DNA from: an uncultured Methanomassiliicoccales archaeon
Lineage (GTDB): Archaea; Thermoplasmatota; Thermoplasmata; Methanomassiliicoccales; UBA472
Reading direction: 5' to 3'
DNA: 64,000 nucleotides
Assembly: GCA_963695345.1 (NCBI GenBank)
Contig: OY968769.1
Location: 288,001 to 352,000 of the forward strand
Each line of letters starts with the position of its first letter. Position 1 is the first letter of the stretch. The notes below the pieces were generated by a model, which worked only from the letters and a program-made list of their open reading frames with translations, had not been told where the DNA came from and did not search any database. The position numbers were made by a program, and so were the translations under genes. Positions 51,239 to 62,330 of this stretch are shown here, one piece after another.

Positions 51239-54200
51239 TCAGACGACTCCGAAAAGCATCACGACTCCCAGGACCAACATTACCAGTCCTACGACGAGCC
51301 TGAGCTTGCTCCTCTTCTCCAGGCGCCATTCGTTGGCCTTCTCAGCCGAGACGCCCAGGTAGATTACCGCCAATATTATAGCCAGAGGCAGCACGAATAT
51401 CAGGTTGTACAAAGCCAGGTAGGGTATTCCCTGTTCCAGGGTCATGCTGTCCCCGACTAGGCTCAGTATCGCCAGGTATATGCCGCCGGTGCATGGAAGT
51501 TCGAATAGGCTTACCATCGCCCCGAGCACGACCGCCGCTGGGACGCTGGCCTTCTCTATGTACTTCTTTATGAGCGGCTTCCTCGATTCCGGGATCGCCA
51601 CCGTGGGCTTGTTTCCCGGGAAGAAGTAGTCCTTGATGTTTATGAGCCCTATTATGATCGACAGCACGGCGGCTCCATAGTAAACGTACCTCGTCATCGC
51701 CGTCGACTGCAGGAAGGTCAGCAGACCGACCCCGGCCATGAAATAGACGAGGAAGACCGTGACTATGTAGGCGATGCCGACCAGAAGCACCCTCCTCCTG
51801 TTACCGAGGCTTGTCAGGAAGAGCAGCAGGAATATCATGACGCTTATGGCGCAGGGGTTGATGCTGTCAACCGCTGCCGCGGCTATGACCATTCCGATGG
51901 TCAGGTCGGACGAGTACCCGCCCCGCGGCGTGGCGCTGATCGCTTCGGTCATCGTGCCATTCCCGGCGGTGCTGTAGCCGCACACCTGGTAGTAGTAGAC
52001 CTGGTCGTTGGTGAGCCCGGTGTCAGTGTATGCGGTGGAGGTAACGGTGGTTAGAAGTTTCATCGATTCCAGGCTGGTTCCGCGGAAGATCGCGTAGCCC
52101 AATAATGGATCCGAACCGTTGGTTGTCGGCTCGTTCCAGGACAGTGTCACCTGCCCTTTCGCCGCGGTGACGACAAGGTTCTGAGGGGCGAGAGGGGCGA
52201 TGAGCGTCCTGGCGGGAGTTGCGTTCACCTCGCCAGAACTCGGGCTTGGACCCTGCGCGTTCACCGCCCGCACGAAGTAGTAATAGGTCACCCCGTTGGT
52301 CAGGCCGGTATCGTTGTACCAGAGGACCGAACTGGCATTGGCCAGTAACTTCTCCGCACCTGAAGTCGTGCCCCTCCATACCTCATAGTTGGTGACGGCG
52401 CTTCCGCCATTCTCGACCGGAGGCAGCCAGGTCAAGTTGACATAGGCGTCGCCGAGACTGGTCTGGAGGTTGTGGATGGCGGTTGGCAAGGTGGCGGGAG
52501 TGGCATTGGCCTCGGTAGAATTCGGTCCGTTCCCGATCGAGTTGACCGCGTTCACCTTGTAGTAGTATATGTGACCGTTGGTCAGGCCGGTATCGTTGTA
52601 CCAGAGTTTATTTCCAGTATCAGCTAGGAGCGTTTCATTTCCTTGGTTCGTACCCCTCCATACCTTATAGTGGGTGATGGCGTTGCAGCCATTGCTGGCA
52701 GGTGCCTGCCAGGTCAAATTTATATAGGCATCGCCAAGGCTGGATTGGAAATTCTGAGGCGCGGTTGGCACAGTACCCGGAGTGGCGGAAAACTCGGCGG
52801 ATTTTTCCCCTTCCCCAACCGAGTTGACCGCGCTCACCTTGTAATAGTAGGTTTGGCAGTTGATCAGAGGTTGATCGACCAAGGTCAGTGTATTGCCCAA
52901 CGTGCGGTACAAGGCCTCGTTACCCGCTGTCGTTGACCGATAAATCTTGTATCCGGTGATCGAAGCCCCACCATTGTTGACCGGCACGGTCCAGTTCAGC
53001 ACTATTCGGCCGTTGCCGGCGGTGGCGGTCAGTGATTCGGGAGCGGTCGACACGGTCTTTACTCGACTGGGTGTTGCTGAGACCTCACTTGATGTTGGTC
53101 CGATTCCTTGGACATTCTCCGCTTTGACAGTATAGTAATAGGTCTGATCGTTTGTCACACCGGTATCGTTGAATTCGAGATTCGGATAGGCATCGGCCAG
53201 GTATGTCTCCGTTCCTGGAGAGGTACCCCTCCATACCCCATACTTGGTGATTGCGTTGCCGCCGTTGCTGGCAGGGGCATTCCAGGTCAAGACTATGTAG
53301 GCGTCTCCGGGACTTGCTTGGATGTTCTGGACGGCAGTTGGGGTCCCCAACGGTGTGGCCAGACCTTCGATGGACTTTACCCCTTCGCCCTTTGAGTTCA
53401 CCGCGCTGACCTTGTAGTAGTAGGTCGCGCCGTTCGTCAGGCCAGTGTTGTTGAAGGTTAGGACGTTCGATAGTGTCGCGATCGGGGTCGCTCCCTGCCC
53501 GCCTGAGGTTGTTCCACGGTACACTTTGTACCCGGTGATCGTGGCGCCTCCATTGTTGGCCGGTGCCGACCAGGTGAGAACGACATAGCCATTCTTGGCA
53601 TCTGCGACCAGGCTCTGAGGCTCGGTTGGAACCGTGGCTGGAGTGGAACTAAGCTCATTCGACTGAGGTCCATCACCTACGCCGTTCACCGCCCTGATCT
53701 TATAGTAATAAATCTGACCGTTAGTGAGTCCAGTATCGGTGTAGGTAAGGACGTTGCCGACGGTGTCGATGAGCACCTCACTCCCGGAGGCGACGCCACA
53801 GTATATCCTGTAATTGGTGATTGCGCTGCCACCGTTGCTACTGGGAGCAGTCCAGACCAATACGACCTGGGCGTTCCCTGACGTTGCGGAGGTTAGAACG
53901 GGAGCCGCTGGCAATGTGACCGGAGTGGCCGAGTCTTCGATGGACCTCGTCCCATCTCCCTTAATATTCACCGCGCAGACCTTGTAGTAATAGGTCACGC
54001 CGTTCGTCCTACCGGTGTCGGTATAGGTAAGGACGATGCCCAATGTCGCGATCGGGGTTACCCCCTCGCCGCCGGGTGTTGTTCCACGATAGACCTTGTA
54101 CCCGGTGATCGTGGCGCCCCCATCATTGGTCGGTGCCGACCAGGTAAGAACGATATTCCCGTTCCCGGCATTCGCGGACAGGTTCTGGGGTGCAGAGGGC

Positions 54201-54634
54201 GCGACGGCATTGATCAATTGAACTATGTATGCTTCCAGATCATCCTGTATGGGACCGTCGCCAATAAACGCCCGCTCGTTCTCTATGAAAGCCGTAGGAG
54301 TAATACTGGTCCCGGTGTGGAAAGCAGCATTGAAATCAAGGAAAAGATAGTAATTTGTGGTGTTATGGGCTATTTCCAATTTATAAAAAGTAACTTCAGG
54401 ATATTCTAGGATGAGAGCATCCATCCACGGTTCTAGGGCTGCGCAGTGCGAGCAACCGATGGCCCAGAAGTAGTATACGACGACACCGCTTTCTCCATCC
54501 CCCAGAGTAGTGGAGCTTATGGAGGCGTTCGTCACATTGTCTTCGATCTGTGTGACGGTGAGCTTGCTGCCTCCTTGACCGGCAAGACCGGTAACGAATG
54601 CCAGTGAAAGCACCAGCGTCAATGCGATGACCAA
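51239..54634 (-). CDS. Thioredoxin/glutaredoxin (CSHC) - 8x FN3 - CcdA/DsbD-type transmembrane domain
   Basis: Signal peptide; YFWAIGCSHC...ITPTAFI; eight FN3 units (LxWxxP...YYYxVxAxN); DSINPCA and FELPCTGGIY...YNLIFVLP. Confidence 0.88.
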   Translation of the reverse strand: MVIALTLVLSLAFVTGLAGQGGSKLTVTQIEDNVTNASISSTTLGDGESGVVVYYFWAIGCSHCAALEPWMDALILEYPEVTFYKLEIAHNTTNYYLFLDFNAAFHTGTSITPTAFIENERAFIGDGPIQDDLEAYIVQLINAVAPSAPQNLSANAGNGNIVLTWSAPTNDGGATITGYKVYRGTTPGGEGVTPIATLGIVLTYTDTGRTNGVTYYYKVCAVNIKGDGTRSIEDSATPVTLPAAPVLTSATSGNAQVVLVWTAPSSNGGSAITNYRIYCGVASGSEVLIDTVGNVLTYTDTGLTNGQIYYYKIRAVNGVGDGPQSNELSSTPATVPTEPQSLVADAKNGYVVLTWSAPANNGGATITGYKVYRGTTSGGQGATPIATLSNVLTFNNTGLTNGATYYYKVSAVNSKGEGVKSIEGLATPLGTPTAVQNIQASPGDAYIVLTWNAPASNGGNAITKYGVWRGTSPGTETYLADAYPNLEFNDTGVTNDQTYYYTVKAENVQGIGPTSSEVSATPSRVKTVSTAPESLTATAGNGRIVLNWTVPVNNGGASITGYKIYRSTTAGNEALYRTLGNTLTLVDQPLINCQTYYYKVSAVNSVGEGEKSAEFSATPGTVPTAPQNFQSSLGDAYINLTWQAPASNGCNAITHYKVWRGTNQGNETLLADTGNKLWYNDTGLTNGHIYYYKVNAVNSIGNGPNSTEANATPATLPTAIHNLQTSLGDAYVNLTWLPPVENGGSAVTNYEVWRGTTSGAEKLLANASSVLWYNDTGLTNGVTYYYFVRAVNAQGPSPSSGEVNATPARTLIAPLAPQNLVVTAAKGQVTLSWNEPTTNGSDPLLGYAIFRGTSLESMKLLTTVTSTAYTDTGLTNDQVYYYQVCGYSTAGNGTMTEAISATPRGGYSSDLTIGMVIAAAAVDSINPCAISVMIFLLLFLTSLGNRRRVLLVGIAYIVTVFLVYFMAGVGLLTFLQSTAMTRYVYYGAAVLSIIIGLINIKDYFFPGNKPTVAIPESRKPLIKKYIEKASVPAAVVLGAMVSLFELPCTGGIYLAILSLVGDSMTLEQGIPYLALYNLIFVLPLAIILAVIYLGVSAEKANEWRLEKRSKLRLVVGLVMLVLGVVMLFGVV

Positions 54635-55462
54635 TAGCGAACGTGATTTCGAGTAAATATATATCCCCCCATTAATATGAAATGCAATTTTCCCCTGACC
54701 CCGGGACTTCGATTATATTGACAGATCACCGATAAGGTCAAGATGAAGCGGACAAGAATTGCCTTTCTCTCACCCTCAGAATGGCGATTCATTAGGAGTA
54801 TATTTATTGTTTTGTCCATTGATTGTCTAATTGGACCAGATAACGATGATATTATCCCTAATGGGCAGTGTGTCTGATGCCTAACGGAATAGGAAATTCT
54901 CATCCGCATAGATCATTTAGTTCCTATGATTTAGCCCTGCTCTCCTCTCTGAGACACCGATCGGGCTATTCATTCCCAGAATGGGGATTCTATTGAGTGC
55001 GAGGCTGTGTTGATTCTTACGGCTGGAGGAGCGGAGGTTCATGAAGAATTATGTCGAGCACCCATAGTTCCAAATTTCTGACTTTTGCATTCTGCCCCTT
55101 CCATCCAATGGACAGTTTGTTACCGTCCGCACCTTGTCCCGACTCAATGGATCGGATTTGGCTATTTCCACCATTAGATTGGTCAGGATCGATACGGCTC
55201 AAGAATCAATTCCCATATTCCATCACCAAGCCCCTACCGTGAACCATCTCCAACTTCCCCCTATCCGATAGAACCCGGACGTTCGGAAAAAGGACGTATC
55301 AGACTAAATTATCATGTATCACTTCCATGAAATAATATTGACACTGAAATAAATGCCAGTTATGGAGATAGCGGACCGGACGTCGGCATTTGCCAGTAGG
55401 GCATCGGATCATGAGAGGTATCGAACCCCAGTACCCATCGACCGACGGCGGTTGCCTCGAGC

Positions 55463-58400
55463 CTACCTGGTCCTTCGTCTGTTGAACAGCACCAGACCGG
55501 CCACCAGAAGTGCGGCGACGATCCCCAGTCCGGCCATCGCCACGATGGGCAGCGGGCTGTCGCTCAGGTCGGCTAGTCCAGTCTTGATCTCGCCGAGGCT
55601 CGCCACTATTCTGTGGGTGCTGTGGTGGTACTGGAAGTACAGGATCCACGAGGAGTTCGTGGAACTGAGCTGATACTCCATGGAGTTCCCGTCAAGGAAC
55701 ACCTTCATCTCGGTCCCGTTGGCCACCAGTTCCTTGCTGACGACTATCCGGGAGTATCCTTCAGTGCCAGGATCGCCGCTCACGTTGAAGGTCAGTTTCT
55801 TGCTGCCGGAATTGAACGAAAGGTCGGTGATGGCCGAGTTCGACTGGACCGTCAGGACGTATTTGTCCAATGATGAGGTGATCGCCAGGCTCTTCATCGA
55901 TGTCGATGCCTGGTAGACCGCGTTGCCCGCCCAGGTGCCTCTCAGCATGTATATGCCGGTCGCGGTGGGGATCCATTGGGAGGAGAAGTTGCCGGAAGGG
56001 GTCGTATTGACCGATGGCATGTCTATCCAGACCAGACCGTTGTTGATGCTGTACGCGAGGTCGATGCTCAGTCCCGCGACCGGCGTCTCCCCGATGGTGG
56101 TCTTGACATTACCGCTCACCGTCATAGCCGCCCCGATGGTGCTGGACGATTCAGTCTCCAGGTCCAGGGTGATCGCGGTGGAGGCGGAGACCGGTCCGAT
56201 CTGCCTGCTCGGGGCCGAGCTTCCCAGCTGATTGACGGCCCTGATGACGTAGTAGTAGTCCGCCCCCAGGGTTATCGCCATGTCGGTGTAGGAGTTGCTG
56301 GCGGTGTTGTCCAGCAGCGATTCCGATCCGGCGACCATTCCTTTGTAGACATTGTACGTGATCGGGTATCCGCCGTTGTCACCAGGTACGGACCAGTTGA
56401 GTACAATCCCGCTGTCGATCGTCGAAGCCGTAGCGTTGAGCGGTTCGGACGGTACGGTCTGGGTCGGTGTCACGATTACGTAGGTGCTCGGACCGGCCCC
56501 GGCCGGGTTGTGTGCCGCCAGAGTGAAGTTGTAGCTTTGCCCATTCGTCAGGCCAGCGATCATGCAGGTCAGACCGATGGGGTCGTCGGGTAGGGCGGTC
56601 CCGTCCCGATAGAGGACATAGTGGTCGATGGCGGCCCCTCCGTTGCTGCCGGGGGCGGTCCATGCCAGGGCTGCGAACCCGTTGCCAGCGGTGGCCGTCA
56701 ATCCAGTCGGAACTCCCGGTAACGTGTACGGTGTTGTCTGCACGGCGGCCGATTTGGCACTGGTGCCGATGACGTTGTGGGAGGCGACGGCGAATGAGAT
56801 GGACTGTCCGTTCGGGAGTCCGGTGACGGATACGGTATTGCCGCCGACGTGCAGGACATCGATGTCGTTCTGATAAACGACATAGTAGTCGATGGCCGAT
56901 CCTCCGTTGTCGCCGACCGGCGACCATGCCAGATCTACCCGCCCGTCACCTGGCGTGGCGGTCAGGTCGCTGGGGATTCCGGGGAAGGTGAGCGCTGGTC
57001 TCGGGGTCGCCGTTACCGTGGCCGCCTTTGCCCCCACTCCCGCCAGGTTATGAGCGGAGACGGTATAATCGTATGACTGCCCGTAGGACAATCCCCTGGA
57101 AATGTAGGATGTATCAGTGCTGTGGTTCACATCGACCCCGTTCAGATAGATGATGTAGTAGTCGATGGCCGATCCGCCATTGGACAGCGGGGCCGTCCAA
57201 TTGATCGATATCTGGAGGTTGCCGGGTACGGCCGTAAGCCCGGTAGGCGCGTCCGGCACGGTGATCGGGGTCGCCCCCGCGGATACGGATTGAGCACCCA
57301 CGCCAGCGGGATTATGCGCGGCCACGGTGAAGGTATAGGCCTTTCCGTTGACCAGGCCGGGGATGGTGGTCATCGGACCGGTCAGCTGATATGGCAACGC
57401 CCCTCCGTCCTGATACACCACGTAGTAGTCGATCGCACCTCCGCCATTGACTTCCGGCGCGGTCCAGTTCAAGGTTGCCTGACCATTTCCGGCTATGGCC
57501 ATCAGCCCCGTCGGGGCGTTGGCCACTGTGCACGGGGTTTCCGAGATGGAGGTCGAGTTCGCGCCAATGCCAGCACTGTTATGCGCGGCGACGGCAAAGG
57601 AGTAGGATTTGCCGTTCAGCAGTCCGTTGATCGTCCCGGAATTGACGGTGAAATGCTGGACGTCGATGTCGTCCTGATAGACCACATAGTAATCGATGGA
57701 AGCCCCGCCGTTGTTCGCCGGTGCGGTCCACGACAGGTCGACCTTTCCGTTCCCCGGGGTGGAGATCAGGCCGATCGGTGCACCAGGCGGGTCCGCCCTC
57801 GGAGCGGCTGACAACTGGGCCGATGCTCCGTGTCCTCTCGAGTTGCAGGCCACCACGACGAAATCATAGGTTTGGCCATTGATCAGCTGACCGATCACGG
57901 CATAGGTCTGCGAAGTGTGCGCCACCGGATTAACGGTCAGGTCCGTGCCCAGGTAGATCTCGTAGTAGTCCAGCGCCCCGCCGGTATAGGCAGGCGCGGA
58001 CCAGGTAACGTTCACAGCCTGATTGAGAGGAGTAGCAGACAAGCGGGTCGGTGCATCTGGGATTCCCAGCGGCGTGACCGACATCGGAGTGCTCTTTAGG
58101 CCATCTCCGGCCGCGTTATGCATGGCGACGGAGAAACTGTATGTTCGGCCGTTGGTCAAGCCTGGGATGGTTATCTGGTTGTCGAGGCTGTGCATGACGT
58201 CTATGCCATCCTGATAGACGATGTTGTATAGGATCGGCAATCCTCCGGTGTCGGATCGCCCGCCGGGATTGTAGCATTCGATGTAAGCCACCCCATCCCC
58301 CGGAGTGGCATCGAAAAAGCCGATCTGACCAGGTGTGTTGATCGGGTAAGCGTCATCAGGTAAACTTTGCGGTCCGGTTCCAATGGCATTGTGTGCCGCC

Positions 58401-58732
58401 ACTGTCCAGACGTATGGATCCCAATTCATCGGATTGACGTAGACATATTGAATTGCGACGGTCGTCGCCAATCCGGTCGGGTGATCGGGGAGCTCGATAC
58501 CGTCCTTATAGATGACGTAGTAGTCGATGGCGGCGCCCCCGTCGGAAGCAGGCACCACCCAGCTCAGTGACACTTGGTTGATGCCCGATTCGGCTGCCAG
58601 TCCGGTCGGAGCCTCCGGCTGTGTCGCATCCGCTGCGGATACGTTGAGCGTTCCTAACAAGACAAATGCGCTTAAAAATAGGAACAACGCCACGACTGCG
58701 GTCTTTGCGATCTTTATGGATTTCTCCCCCAT
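55463..58732 (-). CDS. Cell-surface protein with 9 FN3 repeats, Ig-like and C-terminal beta domains, TM anchor
   Basis: Signal peptide; repeated APTGLxAxxG...WxAPxxNGGxAIDYY...AHNxAG; ends VAALLVAGLVLFNRRRTR. Confidence 0.9.
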   Translation of the reverse strand: MGEKSIKIAKTAVVALFLFLSAFVLLGTLNVSAADATQPEAPTGLAAESGINQVSLSWVVPASDGGAAIDYYVIYKDGIELPDHPTGLATTVAIQYVYVNPMNWDPYVWTVAAHNAIGTGPQSLPDDAYPINTPGQIGFFDATPGDGVAYIECYNPGGRSDTGGLPILYNIVYQDGIDVMHSLDNQITIPGLTNGRTYSFSVAMHNAAGDGLKSTPMSVTPLGIPDAPTRLSATPLNQAVNVTWSAPAYTGGALDYYEIYLGTDLTVNPVAHTSQTYAVIGQLINGQTYDFVVVACNSRGHGASAQLSAAPRADPPGAPIGLISTPGNGKVDLSWTAPANNGGASIDYYVVYQDDIDVQHFTVNSGTINGLLNGKSYSFAVAAHNSAGIGANSTSISETPCTVANAPTGLMAIAGNGQATLNWTAPEVNGGGAIDYYVVYQDGGALPYQLTGPMTTIPGLVNGKAYTFTVAAHNPAGVGAQSVSAGATPITVPDAPTGLTAVPGNLQISINWTAPLSNGGSAIDYYIIYLNGVDVNHSTDTSYISRGLSYGQSYDYTVSAHNLAGVGAKAATVTATPRPALTFPGIPSDLTATPGDGRVDLAWSPVGDNGGSAIDYYVVYQNDIDVLHVGGNTVSVTGLPNGQSISFAVASHNVIGTSAKSAAVQTTPYTLPGVPTGLTATAGNGFAALAWTAPGSNGGAAIDHYVLYRDGTALPDDPIGLTCMIAGLTNGQSYNFTLAAHNPAGAGPSTYVIVTPTQTVPSEPLNATASTIDSGIVLNWSVPGDNGGYPITYNVYKGMVAGSESLLDNTASNSYTDMAITLGADYYYVIRAVNQLGSSAPSRQIGPVSASTAITLDLETESSSTIGAAMTVSGNVKTTIGETPVAGLSIDLAYSINNGLVWIDMPSVNTTPSGNFSSQWIPTATGIYMLRGTWAGNAVYQASTSMKSLAITSSLDKYVLTVQSNSAITDLSFNSGSKKLTFNVSGDPGTEGYSRIVVSKELVANGTEMKVFLDGNSMEYQLSSTNSSWILYFQYHHSTHRIVASLGEIKTGLADLSDSPLPIVAMAGLGIVAALLVAGLVLFNRRRTR

Positions 58733-59159
58733 TTTGACCCGCCTTAACAGTCATAAGCGATTGAACGCTTAATAATTTAGGTTCCCTATCTACGCTTGTT
58801 CTTGTCCTTGATATTCATCGAAATAGGATGCTCCATCATAGAAAAAAGAAGGAAAAATGCCGGCCTATTTTCGAATTTGATAATGAATGTTAGATGTTGA
58901 ATATTCAGCCAAGAGGTCTCGACCGACCTAGTATTGTTCGTCTTTCTCTGTTAAAAATTCGACCGTTGGGGTTACATGAGCATCCTTTGGTTCGCGTTAG
59001 CCGGATCTTTGCCGAGCACACCAAGGAAGATCGATCACCGATCTCCTTGCCCCCGTTACGGAAGCTTCACTCAGAAAGAAAAACCGTTCCCAGGGATTCA
59101 AAGATTAATGACGACCATCATCCCATTATCGGATGAAATGAGAGGAGGGTAAGGGCGAA

Positions 59160-59191
59160 CAGGCATTCCTCGTCGCCGACGAGATTGCCTG
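59160..59191 (-). terminator. GC-rich hairpin immediately 3' of the DEAD-box gene
   Basis: caggca-ttc-ctcgtcg/cgacgag-at-tgcctg inverted repeat about 15 bp after the stop codon. Confidence 0.4.
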
Positions 59192-59206
59192 CCCGATAGG
59201 TCCCGC

Positions 59207-60469
59207 TCACTCGTTCCGATATCCCGAGGATGACCTAGACGAATGATTCGATGGGCTGGATCCCTGTCTCCGCGGCCTCGAATGATAGCTCGGCGCTGCC
59301 CTCGACCGGGGAACGCTCTGGACCGGTAGGACCTTCTTGATCTCTGGCTCCGGACGGTGTACGACCTCGATCTCCAGCGGATCGATGCGCTTGTGTGTCC
59401 GGCGCTCGATGTCGCGGATCATGCCGCGTTCCTCCGGCAGGAACAACGATACCGATATGCCTTCCTTTCCCGCCCTTCCAGTCCTGCCGATCCTGTGGAC
59501 GTAGGTGTCAGGGTCCATCGGGGAGTCATAATTGAAAACATAGTCGACATCGGAGATGTCCAGTCCCCGTGCCGCCACATCTGTGGCTACAAGGATCATG
59601 ATCGATCCTTCCTTGAACGCCTTGATGACCTTCTCCCGCTTGTTCTGCGCCACGTCACCGTGGATCGCACCTGCGGGGTAATTTTCGGCCAGCAGCTTCT
59701 TCGTCAGCTGGTCGGTCTTGCGTTTGGTGGCGCAGAAGACCATGGCCTTGGGGTGGGCCGTGTCAAGGATCGTGCACAGCACGTCACGTTTGACCTCCTT
59801 GTCGGCGATGAAATAATACTGCTTCGTGAGGTCCAGGACGGGCTCGTCCTTGGAGACCAGCACTTCCTTGGGGTTGACCATGTGGCTCATGGCCAAGCTC
59901 CTGATCTCCCTGGACATGGTGGCCGAGAACAATAACGACTGCCTCTTCCTCGGCAGGCATCCAAGGATGAAATTGAGGTCCCTGGAGAAGCCCATGTCGA
60001 GCATGCGGTCCGCCTCGTCCAGGACTAGTACGGATATCTTCGAGAGGTCGATGTCGTTATGCTCGATGATGTCCCGGATACGGCCGGGGGTGGCGACGAC
60101 GATGTCGGTACCTTTCCTGAGCTTTTCGATCTGTGGACCGATGCCGACGCCGCCATAGATGGCGACACACTTGTGCCCGGTGAACAGGGAGAGCTTGGAA
60201 AGTTCCTCGTACACTTGGTTGGCCAGTTCCCTGGTGGGAACCAGGACCAATGTCGCAGGTGCCTTCATCCCATGCTTGATCCGCTGCAGGATTATGGTCC
60301 CGTATGTGCCGGTCTTCCCGGTGCCTGTCTGAGCCTCGGCATACATGTCGCCGCCCTTGAGCCCGACCGGTATTGCCGCTATCTGCACCGGCGTAGGCTC
60401 ATTCCAGCCCATGCCGTTCATTGCCCTGATAATCTCGTTTGAGACCTGTAAATCTGTGAAAGTTGTCAC
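59207..60469 (-). CDS. DEAD-box RNA helicase (CshA/DeaD-like)
   Basis: AQTGTGKT, PTRELA, TPGR, DEADRM, SAT, ARGLD, HRIGRTGRAG; Arg/Ser-rich tail; GTG start. Confidence 0.95.
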   Translation of the reverse strand: MTTFTDLQVSNEIIRAMNGMGWNEPTPVQIAAIPVGLKGGDMYAEAQTGTGKTGTYGTIILQRIKHGMKAPATLVLVPTRELANQVYEELSKLSLFTGHKCVAIYGGVGIGPQIEKLRKGTDIVVATPGRIRDIIEHNDIDLSKISVLVLDEADRMLDMGFSRDLNFILGCLPRKRQSLLFSATMSREIRSLAMSHMVNPKEVLVSKDEPVLDLTKQYYFIADKEVKRDVLCTILDTAHPKAMVFCATKRKTDQLTKKLLAENYPAGAIHGDVAQNKREKVIKAFKEGSIMILVATDVAARGLDISDVDYVFNYDSPMDPDTYVHRIGRTGRAGKEGISVSLFLPEERGMIRDIERRTHKRIDPLEIEVVHRPEPEIKKVLPVQSVPRSRAAPSYHSRPRRQGSSPSNHSSRSSSGYRNE

Positions 60470-60824
60470 GATATTCACTCTATGGGAAAATAAAAACGAT
60501 CTGCATTGCCTAACAGACGAATTTGCTTTCAGGCAGTGGTTGCTATTATTGTATTTAAATGTGCGCAACTGACATGTTGTATTGACTAACGACCAAAGGA
60601 ATACTCTCCAGCAATACGGCAGTGAACGAATCGGCTTCCGTTCACGTCCCAGGAGATGGCAAACGATCCGGAAGAATGCTCTGATCTGCTTTCACCATAG
60701 CCAGATTAGGCAAATGATGTAAGTTGCCGAGCCCTCATTATCGCTCTTAACATTAGTTCCAGACTGAACCAAATATATAGGATGTTCAGGATAGGACCTA
60801 GGGTCAATACAGGATGGGAAAGTC

Positions 60825-61178
60825 ATGGGCAATTACCAATTGAACGATAGATGCGTGATCTTCGTTGACCAGATTCTAAACGGTGACAGTAAGGATCGGA
60901 CCAGAGAGGATCTGAGATCCATCAAGCCAGAAGAACTGGCGAAGGATGGGAGATTCAAGACCTCCTGCTGTGAGTACATGGTGGAGAACTTGGACCGGTT
61001 CAAGGAATTGTATGATGGACATATCGGACTGGGGTTCACACTGGACGAGGAGGAGTATTTTGAGGACTTCACCAACTGCCCTTTCTGCGGTGTCCCGATC
61101 TCCTATGCCGTCCGAAAGACATACAAAATGGTCCCGGGGAAAACCGCTGGGCAATGGGTCAAGCAGGAAGAATATTGA
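60825..61178 (+). CDS. Small hypothetical Zn-binding protein
   Basis: TSCCEYM...NCPFCG. Confidence 0.7.
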   Translation: MGNYQLNDRCVIFVDQILNGDSKDRTREDLRSIKPEELAKDGRFKTSCCEYMVENLDRFKELYDGHIGLGFTLDEEEYFEDFTNCPFCGVPISYAVRKTYKMVPGKTAGQWVKQEEY

Positions 61179-61356
61179 GGGATCTGGAATAAAGTTCGGT
61201 TTGAAAACCCGGTTATTGTTCTGGGGCAAGCTTCCCATCAAGTTGTCCCCTTACTTATCAGGTCCATCTAGAGATAGAGGATAAGGCGGGGAGGGTTCGG
61301 AGGTCAGAGAGCGGTCATGCCACCGTTTCAATTCGATCCATCCGTTCATACTGTCC

Positions 61357-62145
61357 TTAACGGTTCTGGAACACGGCCACGATGAACTGACCGGTAACAT
61401 GGTTACCAGCCATATCGGTCGCGGAAAAGAAGATCGTCCGTCCATCCCAGTCATCATGCGATGCCATGTACGGATCCGTGCTCATGAAAGTACCGTCGTG
61501 ATCGGTATCGTATAGAGTGATATCACCTATGATGCCGATAGATGAAGCGTTGACCCATGCGTTATTGACATCACTGTTTATGCCGGTGACCTTGACGAAG
61601 AAGGATACATTGTCCTGATCGTAGACCGGGGATGGCGTTAGGCCCCGGTTTCCAATGATCGGGGGCGTGCCTTGGTTGTTCGCGATGCCGGCCAACGTTG
61701 CCTGCCAGACGATGTTGTTGGACATCTTGTCAACGATCATCATCCGCACTGCCACACTGCCGCTATACCCGGAAACGACGTAGGACCAAACATGACCGAT
61801 CCTCCAATCCGGACCTATGTTTGGATCGCTCGATGATATGTCTAGCGTCGTCGGCACATCATTCAAGTAGAGCAGAATGATGGTTGACGAACCGCTCAGG
61901 GTCTGTCCTCCCTGGTGGGTTATATTGATGTAGAAGTTCGAACCGGAGACCGCTGTCTGGACACTGAAATCGCTTATGGTCTGTTCCTGCGGTTGGGGCA
62001 TGTTGAGCACGAAGAGCAATACGCCCGAGAACATCGTGACCGTAATGGCCAGGATGAGCAGCTGCCCAATAATCTCAGATACTGCGCTTCGGCTCTTCCT
62101 GATATTCCTGTAGCTCCGATCAGACTTTCCCTTTTTTATTTTCAT
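61357..62145 (-). CDS. Archaeal type IV pilin (DUF1628-type N-terminus) with extra Ig-like domain
   Basis: RKSRSA|VSEIIGQLLILAITV, ITHQGGQTL, WRIGHVW. Confidence 0.88.
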   Translation of the reverse strand: MKIKKGKSDRSYRNIRKSRSAVSEIIGQLLILAITVTMFSGVLLFVLNMPQPQEQTISDFSVQTAVSGSNFYINITHQGGQTLSGSSTIILLYLNDVPTTLDISSSDPNIGPDWRIGHVWSYVVSGYSGSVAVRMMIVDKMSNNIVWQATLAGIANNQGTPPIIGNRGLTPSPVYDQDNVSFFVKVTGINSDVNNAWVNASSIGIIGDITLYDTDHDGTFMSTDPYMASHDDWDGRTIFFSATDMAGNHVTGQFIVAVFQNR

Positions 62146-62330
62146 TAGGTTATTGCCTCGGTGCGTCCAGCACTCGGCTCCTGACCGACTTGGCTATTTC
62201 ATTTTTCGGTATTTACGATTTGCGGCGGGCTTGGATGAGGAGAAATGGCCTGGCCATGGCCTAACATCCCTCAAGAGAAGAAAGGTGCCATCTTGGATTC
62301 TTGTCCTAAGATCTCAAACGGAACAGGCAT

